This document shows, one piece after another, positions 1-9,139 of a stretch of 42,595 nt of DNA. The position numbers and the translations under genes are program-made. Origin of the DNA: Burkholderiales bacterium (lineage in GTDB: Bacteria; Pseudomonadota; Gammaproteobacteria; Burkholderiales; Burkholderiaceae); the NCBI GenBank assembly GCA_018971155.1, contig JAGXBI010000001.1:1-42595 (forward strand), in the 5' to 3' direction. How positions within the stretch are numbered: the first letter of the stretch is position 1; each line of letters opens with the position of its first letter. The notes under the pieces were generated by a model. It did not search any database, was not told the origin of the DNA, and saw nothing but the letters and a program-made list of their open reading frames with translations.

Positions 1-799
1 AGTCTTCGAGCTTGTTCGGATCGAAGGGGCGATCGTTGCGGTAAACGAACGACTTGATCTTGTCGTCGTGGTGCGCATGATGGTGATGCGCATGACCTTC
101 GTGGGCGCAATGCCCGTGATCGTGATCGTGGTGGTGCGCGTGATCGTCCTCGGCCAGGAAATCCGGATCGATCTCCAGCTTCGCATGGAGGTTGAAGCCG
201 CGCAGATCGAAGATCTCCTTGATGTCGGCTTCGCCGAAGTTGACGACCTTGATCGTCGCCTTCGGATTCATATGGACGAGACGGTGGCGCAGATCGGCCA
301 GCGTGGCTTCGTCGACGAGATCGGACTTCGAGACGAACAGGCGATCGGCGAAGCCGACTTGGCGCTGCACGACTTCGTGCTCGTCGAGTTGAGCATTGGC
401 GTGCTTGGCGTCGACGAGGGTGATGATGGCGTCGAGCAAGAACTCGTCGGCGATTTCGTTATCCATGAAGAACGTTTGCGCAACGGGGCCGGGATTGGCC
501 AAGCCCGTCGTTTCGATCACGATGCGGTCGAACGCGATTTCTCCGGCCCGCTTGCGGGCCGCGAGATCGCCGAGCGCGCGCGCCAAGTCGCCGCGGATCG
601 TGCAGCAGATGCATCCGTTGCTCATCTGCACGATTTGCTCGGCCTGGTTCTGGACGAGGATCTCGTTGTCGATGTTCTCCTCGCCGAATTCGTTTTCGAT
701 CACGGCGATCTTCATGCCGTGCGCTTCGGTGAGGATTCGCTTGAGCAGCGTCGTTTTGCCGCTACCGAGAAAGCCTGTCAGGATGGTGACGGGAATCAT
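1..799 (-). CDS. COG0523/CobW-family zinc-chaperone GTPase (3' end truncated by the window edge)
   Basis: Not in the ORF track. Translated by hand from ATG at 799: MIPVTILTGFLGSGKTT (Walker A), ENEFGE, GCICC metal motif, ETTGLA, and a His-rich stretch at 68-142. Confidence 0.93.
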   Translation of the reverse strand, partial: MIPVTILTGFLGSGKTTLLKRILTEAHGMKIAVIENEFGEENIDNEILVQNQAEQIVQMSNGCICCTIRGDLARALGDLAARKRAGEIAFDRIVIETTGLANPGPVAQTFFMDNEIADEFLLDAIITLVDAKHANAQLDEHEVVQRQVGFADRLFVSKSDLVDEATLADLRHRLVHMNPKATIKVVNFGEADIKEIFDLRGFNLHAKLEIDPDFLAEDDHAHHHDHDHGHCAHEGHAHHHHAHHDDKIKSFVYRNDRPFDPNKLED

Positions 800-862
800 G
801 GAAATGAGGTCCTTTTCAATGAAATTGCTGAAAACCGAACAGTGAGGCTGCAGACGGCGCCG

Positions 863-1345
863 TCAGCTAGCGCATTGGGCGCACCTGCCCCGAATGGTGA
901 ATTCGATCTGCTCGCCGACGAAGCCCCTGGGCAACCGCTTGAACTCGTGCCCGCTCAGTTGGGGGCGAGCCGGCCAATCGTCAAGGCAAAACGTACGGTG
1001 GCACTGCATGCAGCGGAAATGCCCATGTGCGGTGTGGGGTTGTGCCTCCGGCACCTGCTCGGCGCGCGCGGGTGTTGCCGTCGCAAAACGGAAAATCCGG
1101 TCGTCGCCGACCCGCTTGAGCGCCCAGCCCTGCGCAACCAGCCAGTCGAGCACGCGATAGACAGTCACCCGATCCAGCGGGGCGCCGCCGGCCAGACCGG
1201 CCAGCACTTCATGATGCGCCAGCGGCCGACCGGCCTTGAGCAGTAACGCAAAAATCCTGGCCCGGGCACCCGTGACCCGCCCGCCACGCTCCCGCAGACG
1301 GGCGCGCGCCTGTTCCAGATAGGGCTGCAACGCGAGTTGATCCAT
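863..1345 (-). CDS. zur: Fur-family transcriptional repressor, probably Zur
   Basis: Fur DNA-binding signature (T.AR..I, DRVTVYRVL), HGHFRC plus two CxxC motifs (CMQC, CAQC). It lies directly upstream of the COG0523 GTPase. Start chosen at MDQLAL (1345). Confidence 0.8.
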   Translation of the reverse strand: MDQLALQPYLEQARARLRERGGRVTGARARIFALLLKAGRPLAHHEVLAGLAGGAPLDRVTVYRVLDWLVAQGWALKRVGDDRIFRFATATPARAEQVPEAQPHTAHGHFRCMQCHRTFCLDDWPARPQLSGHEFKRLPRGFVGEQIEFTIRGRCAQCAS

Positions 1346-1370
1346 GCATCGATTTAAGCACAGCCATCCC

Positions 1371-1395
1371 ATTGACGCAACGCAGTTGCATTAAT
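1371..1395. promoter_or_regulatory. Putative Zur operator (inverted repeat)
   Basis: ATTGACGCAAC-GCA-GTTGCATTAAT, 9/11 symmetric arms with a GCAAC-N3-GTTGC core, 25 bp upstream of the zur start. Confidence 0.7.
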
Positions 1396-1439
1396 GGGAT
1401 GGCGCCGCGCAACGGCGCGATCCCCGGGCCGGTGTAGCG

Positions 1440-2639
1440 TCAGTCAGCCCGCTGCAGCCACAGCCCCTTCAGGTATTCGCCTTCAGGAAAACTCATCAGC
1501 ATCGGATGATCCAGCCCGGCGCACAGGCGCCGCAGCAAACGCGCGTCGACACCGGCATCGGCCGCCGCGCCAGCGACGATCTTCTGGAACAGCTCGCCGT
1601 CGATCGCACCGGAACAGGAATAGGTCCACAACTGGCCACCCGGGCGCAACAGGCGCAACGCTGCCATATTGATGTCTTTGTAGGCGCGCGCGGCGCGCGC
1701 CACATGCTGCGGTGACGGTGCGAATTTCGGCGGATCGAGCACGATCAGGTCGAAACTCCTGCCTTCCTCGCGCAACGTTCTCAGCGTCTTGAACACGTCC
1801 GCATCGCGCCACTCGGCGCGCGACGCCTCGAAGCCATTGGATTGGGCGTTGCGTGCGGCCAGCGCAAGCGCCTCGCCGGAAGAGTCGATCGAAATCACGT
1901 GGCGGGCCCCGCCCTTGAGGGCCGCCAGCGAAAAACCGCCGGTATAGCAGAAGCAGTTGAGCACATCGCGCCCCGCCGCCTGCTGCTGAATCAACAGGCG
2001 ATTGTCGCGCTGATCGATATAGAACCCGGTCTTGTGGCCATGGCGCACGTCGACGTGATAGCGGATGCCACTTTCCTCGGTCAGCAACGTCGCGGGCGGC
2101 TCGGCCCCGGCCAGTACGCCGGTGATGCTGGCCAGCCCCTCGCGCTCGCGCACCGCCACGTCCGAGCGTTCATAGACATTGGGGCAGCCGGTGGCAGCGG
2201 CAAGCGCCGCCACCAAGGCCGTCTTCCAGTGCTCGACGCCGGCGGCCATGAATTGACAGACCAATTGGTCGGCGCCATCCCCGCCGCGATAACGATCGAC
2301 GATCAGTCCCGGCAGACCATCGGCCTCGCCAAAAATCAACCGCACGGCGGCGATGCCGGGCACCATGGCTTCGCGGTAGGCGAGCGCCGCCTGGACGCGG
2401 CGCTTGAAAAATGCGTGATCGACCGGCTCGGCCTCGTTGAATGTCCACACCCGGGCGCGAATCGCCGAGTGCGGGCTATACGCCGCGCGCGCCAGAAAAC
2501 GGCCATCGTCGGCCTTGACCACGACGGTGGCCCCCAGCGCGGGCTTGCCCTCGACGCGCGCGACAGCACCCGCGTAGATCCACGGATGGCGGCGCAGAAG
2601 CGACTTTTCCTTACCGGGTTTGAGGGTCAGTGTGTTCAT
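1440..2639 (-). CDS. rlmI: RlmI-type class I SAM-dependent 23S rRNA m5C methyltransferase
   Basis: N-terminal PUA-like RRHPWIY, EADGLPGL, GHKTGFYIDQRDNR, NCFCYTGGF, LDPPKF and EGEYLKG. Start at MNTLTLKPG. Confidence 0.85.
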   Translation of the reverse strand: MNTLTLKPGKEKSLLRRHPWIYAGAVARVEGKPALGATVVVKADDGRFLARAAYSPHSAIRARVWTFNEAEPVDHAFFKRRVQAALAYREAMVPGIAAVRLIFGEADGLPGLIVDRYRGGDGADQLVCQFMAAGVEHWKTALVAALAAATGCPNVYERSDVAVREREGLASITGVLAGAEPPATLLTEESGIRYHVDVRHGHKTGFYIDQRDNRLLIQQQAAGRDVLNCFCYTGGFSLAALKGGARHVISIDSSGEALALAARNAQSNGFEASRAEWRDADVFKTLRTLREEGRSFDLIVLDPPKFAPSPQHVARAARAYKDINMAALRLLRPGGQLWTYSCSGAIDGELFQKIVAGAAADAGVDARLLRRLCAGLDHPMLMSFPEGEYLKGLWLQRAD

Positions 2640-2735
2640 GGGCGCAAGGCTGTGCAGGAGATCGCCGCCGGCGCTGCGAAAGCGTTCGCCGCCGGTCAAG
2701 AGGGCCGCATGATACACCCGCCCCGGCGCCCCGGC

Positions 2736-3701
2736 TCAATCTTTCTTTTTGGCGCGCGGATGGGCCTGGTCATAAACCTTGGCCAGATGCTGGAAGTCGA
2801 GTTTGGTGTAGATCTGCGTGGTGGAAATATTGGCGTGCCCAAGCATTTCCTGCACCGCCCGCAGATCGCCGCTCGATTGCAGCACATGGGATGCGAACGA
2901 GTGCCGCAGCATGTGCGGATGCACGTGGGTCGGCAGGCCGGCCGCCAGCGCATGCTGCTCGAGCGCGAGCTGAACGGCGCGCGCGTTGATGCGGGCGCCG
3001 CGTGCCGACAGAAACAGGGCATGCGGCTCGCTCTTCGCCATTTGCTCGCGCACGGCCAGCCATGTCTGCAGGGCCTGGGCCGCATGGCGACCGACCGGCA
3101 CGCTGCGCATCTTGCCGCCCTTGCCGGTCACCACCACTTCGTGCTCGGCGGCATTGAGCCAACTGCGCGACCGGTAACCGGGGCTATCGAAGAAGGCTGT
3201 ATCGAGGCTGACCAGCTCGGACAGGCGCAGCCCGGACGAATAAAGCAATTCGAACATCGCGTGATTGCGCCGGGCAAGCGGATCGTCGCCTGCGCAGTAG
3301 GCGGTGAGCGCCACTGCCTGCTCGGCCGACAACGCCTTGGGCAAGGGCTTGGGACTCTTGGGCGCGCGCACGCCATTGACCGGATTGGCCGGGAGGGTCA
3401 CGCGTTGCGCCAGCCATGCGAAGAATCCGCGCCAGGCGGACAATTTGCGCGCGATGGAACGCCCGCTCAACCCTTGCGCGTGCATTTGCATCGCAAACCG
3501 GCGGATATCGGGATGCGACAATCGCGCCAGCTCCCTGCCGTCGGCCAGTTGTATCAATTGCGCCAGATCGCGTCGATAGCCATCCAGGGTGTGTGTAGCG
3601 AGCTTGCGCTCGGCCGCCAGCGACACGAGGTACTCATGCACCTGCGCTTGCCCGGCTCGGCAGGACGCTGGAGCAGCGAGGTCGTCCGGGCGGGTCGGCA
3701 T
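2736..3701 (-). CDS. xerC: Tyrosine recombinase XerC
   Basis: GLRLSEL, GKGGKMR, HPHMLRHSFASH, LGHANISTTQIY and C-terminal HPRAK. Located in the dapF-DUF484-xerC operon. Confidence 0.93.
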   Translation of the reverse strand: MPTRPDDLAAPASCRAGQAQVHEYLVSLAAERKLATHTLDGYRRDLAQLIQLADGRELARLSHPDIRRFAMQMHAQGLSGRSIARKLSAWRGFFAWLAQRVTLPANPVNGVRAPKSPKPLPKALSAEQAVALTAYCAGDDPLARRNHAMFELLYSSGLRLSELVSLDTAFFDSPGYRSRSWLNAAEHEVVVTGKGGKMRSVPVGRHAAQALQTWLAVREQMAKSEPHALFLSARGARINARAVQLALEQHALAAGLPTHVHPHMLRHSFASHVLQSSGDLRAVQEMLGHANISTTQIYTKLDFQHLAKVYDQAHPRAKKKD

Positions 3702-3719
3702 GTGTGTTTTGGCCAGCGC

Positions 3720-4388
3720 TCAGCAGTTGGTGCGCAACCTGCCGAGCGTCGCGCTGGCCAGCTGCCCGATCTGCGTGAGGAAATCGGTCGACATGCCCGC
3801 ATGGAAGCGACGCGGGTCGGGCGAGCCCATGACCAGCAATCCGAATACCTCGGCGTCCTCGCGCAGCGGATCACGCAAGGCCAGCAGCGCCACCGACGCC
3901 GGTTCGACTTCGGCGCCCAGCCAGGTCACGGCCTCGAAGCCGGTATTGCTGCCGCAGTAAGGCGTCGTCAGGCTGCCGGCGAAAATACGCACTTCTTCGC
4001 TGACATTGCGCGCGAACTCCGCCGGCTGATAAGGCTCGTCGACATGCCACACGCGCAATGCCGAGACCGGCACGTCGAACACCTCGCGCAAGCCTCGCGT
4101 GATGGCGCCCGGCACGGCGTGCGGGTCGCGCTCGCCAAGCACCTGCAGCGTCCAGCGATGAATCTTGCCGGAGGTGCCGTCGTTCTCGTGGCCATAACGC
4201 AGCAGCTCGGCCAGCCGGCGTTCGAGCTGCTTGTTTTTGTCGCGCTGCATCTCGACCTGCCGCTCCTGCAGCGATACGGCGCGCTGGCCATGCGGGCTGG
4301 TCAGCTTGATGTTGGCCACCAATTCAGCATGCTTTTCGAAGAATTCGGGATGAGACTGCAAATACTCGACAATATCGCGATCGTTCAT
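3720..4388 (-). CDS. DUF484 (YigA-like) protein
   Basis: YLQSHPEFF, AVSLQERQ and RFHAGMSTDFL motifs. Conserved position between dapF and xerC. Confidence 0.88.
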   Translation of the reverse strand: MNDRDIVEYLQSHPEFFEKHAELVANIKLTSPHGQRAVSLQERQVEMQRDKNKQLERRLAELLRYGHENDGTSGKIHRWTLQVLGERDPHAVPGAITRGLREVFDVPVSALRVWHVDEPYQPAEFARNVSEEVRIFAGSLTTPYCGSNTGFEAVTWLGAEVEPASVALLALRDPLREDAEVFGLLVMGSPDPRRFHAGMSTDFLTQIGQLASATLGRLRTNC

Positions 4389-4437
4389 GGTGTCCGTGAA
4401 AATGAGGAGGGCGTCCGCCAAGGGTGCGCGCCTCTCG

Positions 4438-5286
4438 TTACAGTTCGATTTCGCCTTCGAACACGGTGGTCGCCGCGCCGGTCATGACGACCGTGCCGGC
4501 GCCGTCCCAGGCGATCGACAGGATGCCGCCGTGCGTATGCACCGCGACGGGCGTGTCGAGCAGGCCGCGACGAATGCCAGCCACCACCGCCGCGCAGGCG
4601 CCCGTGCCGCAAGCGAGCGTTTCGCCGGCGCCCCGTTCGTAGACGCGCAACCTGATCGTGTGACGGTCGAGCACTTGCATGAAGCCGGCGTTGACCCGAT
4701 TCGGAAAGCGCGCATGACGCTCGATGAGCGGGCCATCGAGTGCCACCGGGAACTGCTCGACGTCGTCGACCGTTTGCACCGCGTGAGGATTGCCCATCGA
4801 CACCACCGAGATCCACACCGTCTTGCCGTCGATCTCGAGCGGCCATAGCAGATCGTCATGTTCCGGCCGGCCGGTGAGCCCCTGCGCGTCGAATGGCACC
4901 TTGGCCGGCGACAGTTCGGGCCGCCCCATATCGACCGAGACTTGTCCATCCTCATGCATGGTCAAGGTGAGAATGCCCTGCTGCACCTGCACCCGCACGC
5001 TGCGCTGGTCGGTCAGGTGATGGTCACGCACGAATTTGACGAAGCAGCGCGCGCCGTTGCCGCAATGTTCGACCTCGCCGCCGTCCGCATTGAAAATCCG
5101 GTAACGGAAATCGACGCCATCGATGGTCGGCTTCTCGACCACCAGGAGCTGGTCCGCGCCCACCCCGAAGTGGCGATCGGCCAGCGCGCGCCACTGGTCG
5201 GCACTCAGGTCGATCTGTTGATGGATACCGTCGAGCACGACAAAGTCGTTGCCGGCGCCGTGCATTTTGGTGAATTTGAGTTTCAT
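4438..5286 (-). CDS. dapF: Diaminopimelate epimerase
   Basis: [45 protein letters not shown]. The true start is inside the longer ORF 4438..5958. Confidence 0.97.
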   Translation of the reverse strand: MKLKFTKMHGAGNDFVVLDGIHQQIDLSADQWRALADRHFGVGADQLLVVEKPTIDGVDFRYRIFNADGGEVEHCGNGARCFVKFVRDHHLTDQRSVRVQVQQGILTLTMHEDGQVSVDMGRPELSPAKVPFDAQGLTGRPEHDDLLWPLEIDGKTVWISVVSMGNPHAVQTVDDVEQFPVALDGPLIERHARFPNRVNAGFMQVLDRHTIRLRVYERGAGETLACGTGACAAVVAGIRRGLLDTPVAVHTHGGILSIAWDGAGTVVMTGAATTVFEGEIEL

Positions 5287-5324
5287 TGCGCTATTGTAGT
5301 GGAGTCGCGGAGCCGGCACCGCCG

Positions 5325-6221
5325 TCAGTACACCCCGGCCTCGCCTTCGGGCCGTGTCTTGAAGCGCTTGTGCACCCAGTAGTACTGCTCGGGCATGCGC
5401 AGGATCTGCTCTTCGAGGAACGCATTCATGCGGCGCGTATCGGCCACCGGATCCCCGCTCGGGTAATTCTCCCAGGGCGCGAACACCTTGAGCTTGTAGC
5501 CGCGGTAATTCGGCAGCACCTCGGTGACGATCGGCAGGATCTGCGCACGCCCGGCCTGCGCCAGGCGCGAAATCGATGTCAGGGTGCATGCCTGTACGCC
5601 GAAAAACGGCACGAACACCGAATTGCGCAAACCGTAGTCCATATCGGCGGCCAGCATGATCGGCTTGCGCTCGCGCAGCACCCTCAGCACCTCTCGCGCG
5701 CTGTCGGCGCGCGATATCATTTCGGCGTCGAAGCGGCCGCGCTGGCGTTTGGCCAGCGCATCGAAAAACGGATTCGACATCGGCGTATAGAGTGACGCGC
5801 ACGGCCGCCTCAGCGCATGATTGATGAATATCGAGCCGGCCTCGATGCCGACGAAATGAAAGCCGAGCAGAATCGTCGGCGGCATGTCGGGATCGGTCAG
5901 GTCGACCTCGCTCTCGACCTGCACCAGTCGCTCCATCTTCTCGCGGTCGGCAAACCACTGCACGCTGCGCTCGGCGTAGCTGCGAATCGCGTGCCGGAAC
6001 GCGGCGCGCGCCACGCGCTCGCGCCGCGCGTCATCCCAGTGCGGGAAACACAGACGCAAATTGGTGTGCACGACCCGGCGGCGCGAACTGGGGATCAGGT
6101 ACAGCAGGCTGCCCAGCGCATCGCCGAATCGGCCCACCACCCCATAAGGCAGGCAATTCAGGGCACGCAACAAGGTCGCGCCGAACAAGTAACCGAATTT
6201 CCCGGATTTCTTCTTGGACAT
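5325..6221 (-). CDS. lpxL: Lipid A late acyltransferase (LpxL/HtrB family)
   Basis: [13 protein letters not shown] (HxxxxD/E), FVPFFG and [15 protein letters not shown]. Start at MSKKKSG. Confidence 0.88.
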   Translation of the reverse strand: MSKKKSGKFGYLFGATLLRALNCLPYGVVGRFGDALGSLLYLIPSSRRRVVHTNLRLCFPHWDDARRERVARAAFRHAIRSYAERSVQWFADREKMERLVQVESEVDLTDPDMPPTILLGFHFVGIEAGSIFINHALRRPCASLYTPMSNPFFDALAKRQRGRFDAEMISRADSAREVLRVLRERKPIMLAADMDYGLRNSVFVPFFGVQACTLTSISRLAQAGRAQILPIVTEVLPNYRGYKLKVFAPWENYPSGDPVADTRRMNAFLEEQILRMPEQYYWVHKRFKTRPEGEAGVY

Positions 6222-6293
6222 AATCGAATCACAATCAAGCGCGAAGCCGCTTAGCTCCCGCCCGCCTATCCATGGCGAACCACCTGCGGCGGC

Positions 6294-6326
6294 TTGACAG
6301 CGCAAAAATTTTCAGAGGCGTATAAT
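6294..6326 (+). promoter_or_regulatory. Putative sigma70 promoter for metK
   Basis: Perfect TATAAT at 6321-6326. TTGACA at 6294-6299, but the spacer is 21 bp. The implied TSS near 6333 coincides with the start of the leader's P1 helix. Confidence 0.55.
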
Positions 6327-6329
6327 AAA

Positions 6330-6414
6330 CGGATCGCCGAGTTAACAGACAACTTGCGGGGCGATTCGCGGCCAGGGTAACCGGGCCGTCAGTAAAGTAA
6401 TCCGCTAAAGCGTC
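6330..6414 (+). ncRNA. Candidate SAM-II-like riboswitch aptamer (long-loop variant) in the metK leader
   Basis: P1 CGGAUCGCC(6330-38)/GGCGAUUCG(6360-68); L1 GAGUU; pseudoknot CUUGCGG(6353-59)/CCGCUAAAG(6402-10) plus GAC/GUC; inserted hairpin CGGCC-A-GG-GUAA-CC-G-GGCCG. Located upstream of SAM synthetase. Confidence 0.68.
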
Positions 6415-6469
6415 GCCGCTTCAACGAAAGACGGCAACGTGAAAAGCCAAAATCGTTTAGGAGCTTGAA

Positions 6470-7648
6470 GTGGCGACCGACTACCTGTTTACCTCCGAGT
6501 CCGTTTCCGAAGGTCACCCCGACAAGGTGGCCGACCAGATTTCCGATGCCGTGCTCGATGCCATCCTGACCCAGGACAAGTATGCGCGCGTCGCAGCCGA
6601 GACGCTGTGCAACACCGGCCTGGTCGTGATGGCCGGAGAAATCACCACCACCGCCACGGTCGATTACCAGCAGGTCGCGCGCGACACCATCCGCCGCATC
6701 GGCTACGACAACACCGATTACGGTATCGACTATAAGGGCTGCGCGGTTCTCGTGGCTTACGATCGCCAATCGCCCGACATCGCGCAAGGCGTGGACCGTG
6801 CCCACGACGACAACCTCGATCAGGGCGCCGGCGACCAGGGCCTGATGTTCGGTTTCGCCTGCAACGAGACGCCGGAGCTGATGCCGCTGCCGATCTATCT
6901 GGCGCACCGTCTGGTCGAGCGGCAGTCCGAGCTGCGCCGCGACGGCCGCCTGAACTGGCTGCGCCCGGATGCCAAGTCGCAGGTGACGATCCGCTACGTC
7001 AACGACCGGCCCCACAGTATCGACACAGTCGTGCTTTCGACCCAGCATCATCCGGACATCGCGCTGGACAAGTTGCGCGAGGCAGTCATCGAGGAAATCA
7101 TCAAGCCGGTGCTGCCGAAGGATCTCATCAAGGGCGACGTCAAGTTCCTGGTGAATCCGACCGGACGCTTCGTGGTGGGTGGCCCGCAGGGCGACGCCGG
7201 CCTGACCGGGCGCAAGATCATCGTCGACACTTACGGCGGAGCCGCGCCGCACGGCGGCGGCGCCTTCTCCGGCAAGGACCCGTCCAAGGTCGACCGTTCG
7301 GCCGCCTATGCCGGCCGTTATGTCGCGAAAAACATCGTGGCCGCCGGTCTGGCGGAAAAATGCCTGATTCAGGTGTCTTATGCGATCGGCGTGGCGCGCC
7401 CGACCTCGGTGATGGTCAATACCTTCGGCACCGGCAAGGTCAGCGATGCGAAGATCACCGAACTGGTGATGAAACACTTCGACCTGCGACCCAAGGGCAT
7501 TATCCAGATGCTCGACCTGCTGCGACCGATTTACACCAAGGCCGCAGCCTACGGCCACTTCGGTCGCGAAGAGCCGGAGTTCAGCTGGGAAGCGACCGAC
7601 AAGGCCGCCGAATTGCTGGCCGACGCCGGTTTGCGCGCCGTGGCCTGA
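6470..7648 (+). CDS. metK: S-adenosylmethionine synthetase
   Basis: [39 protein letters not shown] and AYGHFGR. GTG start with AGGAG SD at 6459-6463. Confidence 0.98.
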   Translation: MATDYLFTSESVSEGHPDKVADQISDAVLDAILTQDKYARVAAETLCNTGLVVMAGEITTTATVDYQQVARDTIRRIGYDNTDYGIDYKGCAVLVAYDRQSPDIAQGVDRAHDDNLDQGAGDQGLMFGFACNETPELMPLPIYLAHRLVERQSELRRDGRLNWLRPDAKSQVTIRYVNDRPHSIDTVVLSTQHHPDIALDKLREAVIEEIIKPVLPKDLIKGDVKFLVNPTGRFVVGGPQGDAGLTGRKIIVDTYGGAAPHGGGAFSGKDPSKVDRSAAYAGRYVAKNIVAAGLAEKCLIQVSYAIGVARPTSVMVNTFGTGKVSDAKITELVMKHFDLRPKGIIQMLDLLRPIYTKAAAYGHFGREEPEFSWEATDKAAELLADAGLRAVA

Positions 7649-7671
7649 GCGACGCCCGAGAGAACGCCGCG

Positions 7672-7704
7672 ACGCGCCGCCGGGGTAACCGGCGGCGCGT
7701 TTTT
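7672..7704 (+). terminator. Intrinsic terminator after metK
   Basis: 12-bp stem ACGCGCCGCCGG/CCGGCGGCGCGT with loop GGTAA, followed by TTTT. Confidence 0.8.
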
Positions 7705-7711
7705 CATTGGC

Positions 7712-9106
7712 TCAGCGCAGCAACAATCGCAGCATCGCGGCAAAGCGCTTGCCGTAGGGGGCGCTGAGCAACCCCATACCGTTGACGCGCGCCTGATAGA
7801 ACACCGGTTTCATTTTGGTGAACGCCAGAAACCCGTCATGGCCGTGATAAGCACCCATGCCGGAGGCGCCGACGCCGCCGAACGGCAGCGTGTCCTGCGC
7901 AATATGCAGCAGGGTGTCGTTTACTGTCACGCCGCCCGCCACGGTTTGCGTCAGGACCTGCTCGACCCGCCGGCGATCATCGTCGAACATATACAACGCC
8001 AATGGACGGGCATGACCGTTGACATAGGCGATCGCCTCGTCGAGCGAGTCATAGGGCACCAGCGGCAGGAGCGGCCCGAAAATTTCTTCCTGCATCAAGC
8101 GCATCGCATCGCTCACACCCGTGTAGACCACCGGCGGCAAGCGCCGCCGATCCGCCTGCGGCGCATCGGCCGACAGCAGGTGCGCCATCGCGCCCTGGCT
8201 CAGCGCATCGTCGTGCAGCCCCTGCAGGCGGCTGAAATGCCGCGGTGAAATGATGCTGGCGAAATCCGGATTGTCGGCCGGCCGCGGATAGAGGCGCTGG
8301 GCAATGCGCGCGGCCTCGGTCACGAAATCGTTCTGCCGCTCGCGCGGGATCAGCACGTAGTCCGGCGCAATGCAAGTCTGGCCGGCGTTGAGCAGCTTGC
8401 CCGCGAGAATGCGCTCCACCGCATTCGAAAAACGCGCGCCCGGGCCAATGATGGCGGGCGACTTGCCACCGAGTTCGAGCGTGACCGGCGTCAGATGCTC
8501 GCTCGCGGCCCGCATCACGTGGTGACCCACCGCAGTAGAACCGGTAAACAACAAATGGTCGAACGGCAGCGCGGAGAACTCGCGGGCCACCTCCGCATCG
8601 CCATTGACCACGGTGATCTGGTCGGGCGGGAAATAACGCGCAATCAGTTCGGCAAACAGCTCGCCGAAGCGCGGCGTGTATTCCGAGAGCTTGATCATCA
8701 CGCGGTTACCGGCGGCCAGCGCATCGGTCAGCGGGCCGACCGCGAGATACAGGGGATAATTCCAAGGCACGATGATGCCGACGACCCCCAATGGCTGGGG
8801 CACCAGCGCGGTGCGAGCCGGCAGGAACCACAGGCCGGCCCACTGCCGGCGCCGGCGCATCCAGCGCCTGCCGTGCGCCAGCGCATGCCCGATGCCGCCC
8901 AGACTGGGAAACAGTTCGAGCAAATCCGTCTCCTGCCGCGGCCGGCCGCCGAAATCGGCATCGATGGCCTGCGCCAGCGCCTCACGATGCTCGCGCAACA
9001 TCGTGCGCAAGATTGTCAGGCGCGCCGCTCGCGTCGACCAGACCGGCACCGGCTCGCGCGCATAGGCCGCGCGCAGCGCAGCAAAACGTTGCGCTAGAGT
9101 TTCCAT
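7712..9106 (-). CDS. NAD(P)-dependent aldehyde dehydrogenase, coniferyl-aldehyde dehydrogenase (CalB/AlkH) type
   Basis: PWNYP, FTGST, LELGGKSP, NAGQTCIAPDY (catalytic Cys), EEIFGP and PFGGVGASGMGAYHG. Confidence 0.9.
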   Translation of the reverse strand: METLAQRFAALRAAYAREPVPVWSTRAARLTILRTMLREHREALAQAIDADFGGRPRQETDLLELFPSLGGIGHALAHGRRWMRRRRQWAGLWFLPARTALVPQPLGVVGIIVPWNYPLYLAVGPLTDALAAGNRVMIKLSEYTPRFGELFAELIARYFPPDQITVVNGDAEVAREFSALPFDHLLFTGSTAVGHHVMRAASEHLTPVTLELGGKSPAIIGPGARFSNAVERILAGKLLNAGQTCIAPDYVLIPRERQNDFVTEAARIAQRLYPRPADNPDFASIISPRHFSRLQGLHDDALSQGAMAHLLSADAPQADRRRLPPVVYTGVSDAMRLMQEEIFGPLLPLVPYDSLDEAIAYVNGHARPLALYMFDDDRRRVEQVLTQTVAGGVTVNDTLLHIAQDTLPFGGVGASGMGAYHGHDGFLAFTKMKPVFYQARVNGMGLLSAPYGKRFAAMLRLLLR

Positions 9107-9139
9107 CCTGCTCTCCCTGTCGATTTTATTGATGTCGTG

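Noticed and set aside
1326-1340. Second Zur-like site (TGCAAC-GCGA-GTTGA) inside the start of zur
   Set aside because: It has a 4-bp rather than 3-bp spacer, an imperfect right arm, and lies in coding sequence.
2736-3701. Tyrosine recombinase as a sign of a phage or genomic island
   Set aside because: Sequence motifs and the dapF-DUF484 context identify chromosomal XerC. No att sites or cargo genes are visible.
4438-5958. Apparent long N-terminal extensions or fusions in the ORF track (dapF, gatB, mreB, mreD, rodA, lysE)
   Set aside because: The extensions overlap neighbouring genes or promoter regions, and family homology begins at the internal starts reported above.
6375-7692. The same 10-mer GGGTAACCGG in the metK leader hairpin (6375-84) and the metK terminator (7683-92)
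   Set aside because: It is short and GC-rich, and both copies are hairpin caps, so chance or convergence is the likely explanation.
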